NCBI GenBank assembly: GCA_000503875.1
Contig: CP006913.1
Location: 600,001 to 632,000 of the forward strand
Direction: 5' to 3'
DNA length: 32,000 bases
Origin: Candidatus Saccharimonadota bacterium
Lineage (GTDB): Bacteria > Patescibacteriota > Gracilibacteria > Absconditabacterales > Absconditicoccaceae
Both the position numbers and the translations under genes were made by a program. Positions within the stretch are counted from its first letter, which is position 1. Every line of letters begins with the position of its first letter. The notes below the pieces were generated by a model that searched no databases, had not been told where the DNA came from, and saw only the letters and a list, made by a program, of their open reading frames with translations. This document shows, one piece after another, positions 31,080-32,000 of this stretch.

Positions 31080-31304
31080 ATGAATAGTTTTAAAAAAATA
31101 GAAGAAGCAGAAAAAACACTTAATGAAAAGCTCTTAAAAATCATAATATGATTTGCTTTTTTAGCAGATTCCAAAGATGATATTAGTAATTTTCTCAGAA
31201 ATCACGCAATTCAAATGTATAACCATTTATTAGAACAATACAAAAAAATGAAAGAATATTATATTTCTTTCAAAACTCGACACAAGGAATATACCAAAAA
31301 ATAG
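31080..31304 (+). CDS. Hypothetical small protein (74 aa)
   Basis: Runs from ATG 31080 to TAG 31302-31304, with one in-frame TGA. I checked every codon. No family was recognised. Confidence 0.4.
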
Positions 31305-31313
31305 TATTAAATT

Positions 31314-32000
31314 TTAGATAATTTCTCTTCTCATTCCCTTCTCAAACCTAATCAAACATTCATAAGGAATTGTTTGACTCGCTTCTGCCAAAGACATAAG
31401 CGTGTTTTTGTTTTTTGGATTACAAGAAATAATTTCAATTTCATCTCCAATCTCCAAACGATCATCAGCCAAAAAACTACATAAATTCATACAAATTGTA
31501 CCTATTTGTTGAACAGATTTTTTTCCAATGGTAAATAATATTTTACTAGATGCCAGCCTAGAAAGCCCTTCTGCATAACCAAAAGGAATTGTCCCTACAA
31601 TTTCTCTATCTTGAAAACGATGGGTATGTCCATAGCTAACACCTTCTCCCGGCCAAACTTCATGTAAAGAAATAATTCTAGAAGTTATCGAAAGCGCCGG
31701 ACGAAGTTCTTTTCCTTTGGTATATAAAGGATCTTCCAAATTCAAAGGATTATATCCATACATAGCCAATCATGGTCTTCGTGCATTAAAGAAATCTTCC
31801 TTAATTTTAAATAAACCAGCACTATTACCAATATGTCTTCGAAGTGGAGCAAATCAATATTCCAAAATCTGATAATACATTTTTTTAAAAAGTTCTACTT
31901 GCTTTTCTACACTTGTTTTTTCGCCACCAATTTCTTTATCCAAATCGCTAATCAATTCTATTCCATCTGCACCATAAAGATGTGACATAACACCTTCAAC
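31314..32000 (-). CDS. alr: Alanine racemase, C-terminal part (5' end lies outside the window)
   Basis: ORF 31314..31769 continues upstream through TGA to the window edge. Motifs are 'PG(TGA)LAMYGYNP', 'WPGEGVSYGHT', 'GTIPFGYAEGLSR' and 'IGTICMN..SQTIPYECL'. The stop is TAA. Confidence 0.9.

Noticed and set aside
1-32000. The window looks like a field of decayed pseudogenes. pflB, recA, ackA, sufS and others are each split into 2-12 short ORFs in the supplied track.
   Set aside because: All the interruptions are TGA, none is TAA or TAG, the frames are continuous, and the catalytic motifs are intact. This is recoding, not decay.
1-32000. Mycoplasma-type code 4 (UGA = Trp) as the explanation
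   Set aside because: The TGA codons fall on invariant Gly positions (AckA LNxGSSS, RecA, PFL, PP2C) and make up half of a Gly12 run. Trp would be implausible at these sites.

Overview
This is an AT-rich bacterial segment (about 30% G+C by eye, not computed) that is only readable under translation table 25 (UGA = Gly). That code is known only from Gracilibacteria (BD1-5) and Absconditabacteria (SR1). In the standard-code ORF track every conserved gene is broken at TGA and nowhere else. Reading TGA as Gly gives 30 intact CDS. I checked most junctions codon by codon. Left to right: the 3' part of a giant surface protein; DUF192; two tandem DUF1987/SiaC-like genes; a secreted repeat protein; a 751-aa low-complexity protein; a small toxin-like gene plus a DinJ/RelB-like RHH gene; a short acetate-kinase paralog; recA and lexA, divergent, with three phased 12-bp boxes between them; a three-gene operon of two very large membrane proteins without signal peptides plus a leaderless NlpC/P60 peptidase, which is my best candidate for an undescribed system; sufS plus a CDA-fold deaminase, bracketed by two related hairpin elements; ftsQ-like; DUF212; a CAP/SCP protein; pduL-ackA; a TPR-TM-PP2C phosphatase; a small CXXC membrane protein; pflB-pflA-focA; and the 3' part of alr. 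I found no rRNA, tRNA, CRISPR array, transposase or integrase by eye. Promoters are close to sigma70 consensus (TTGACA-N16/17-TATAAT) and start codons lack Shine-Dalgarno motifs. All domain calls rest on motifs recalled from the families. No alignments or searches were run.
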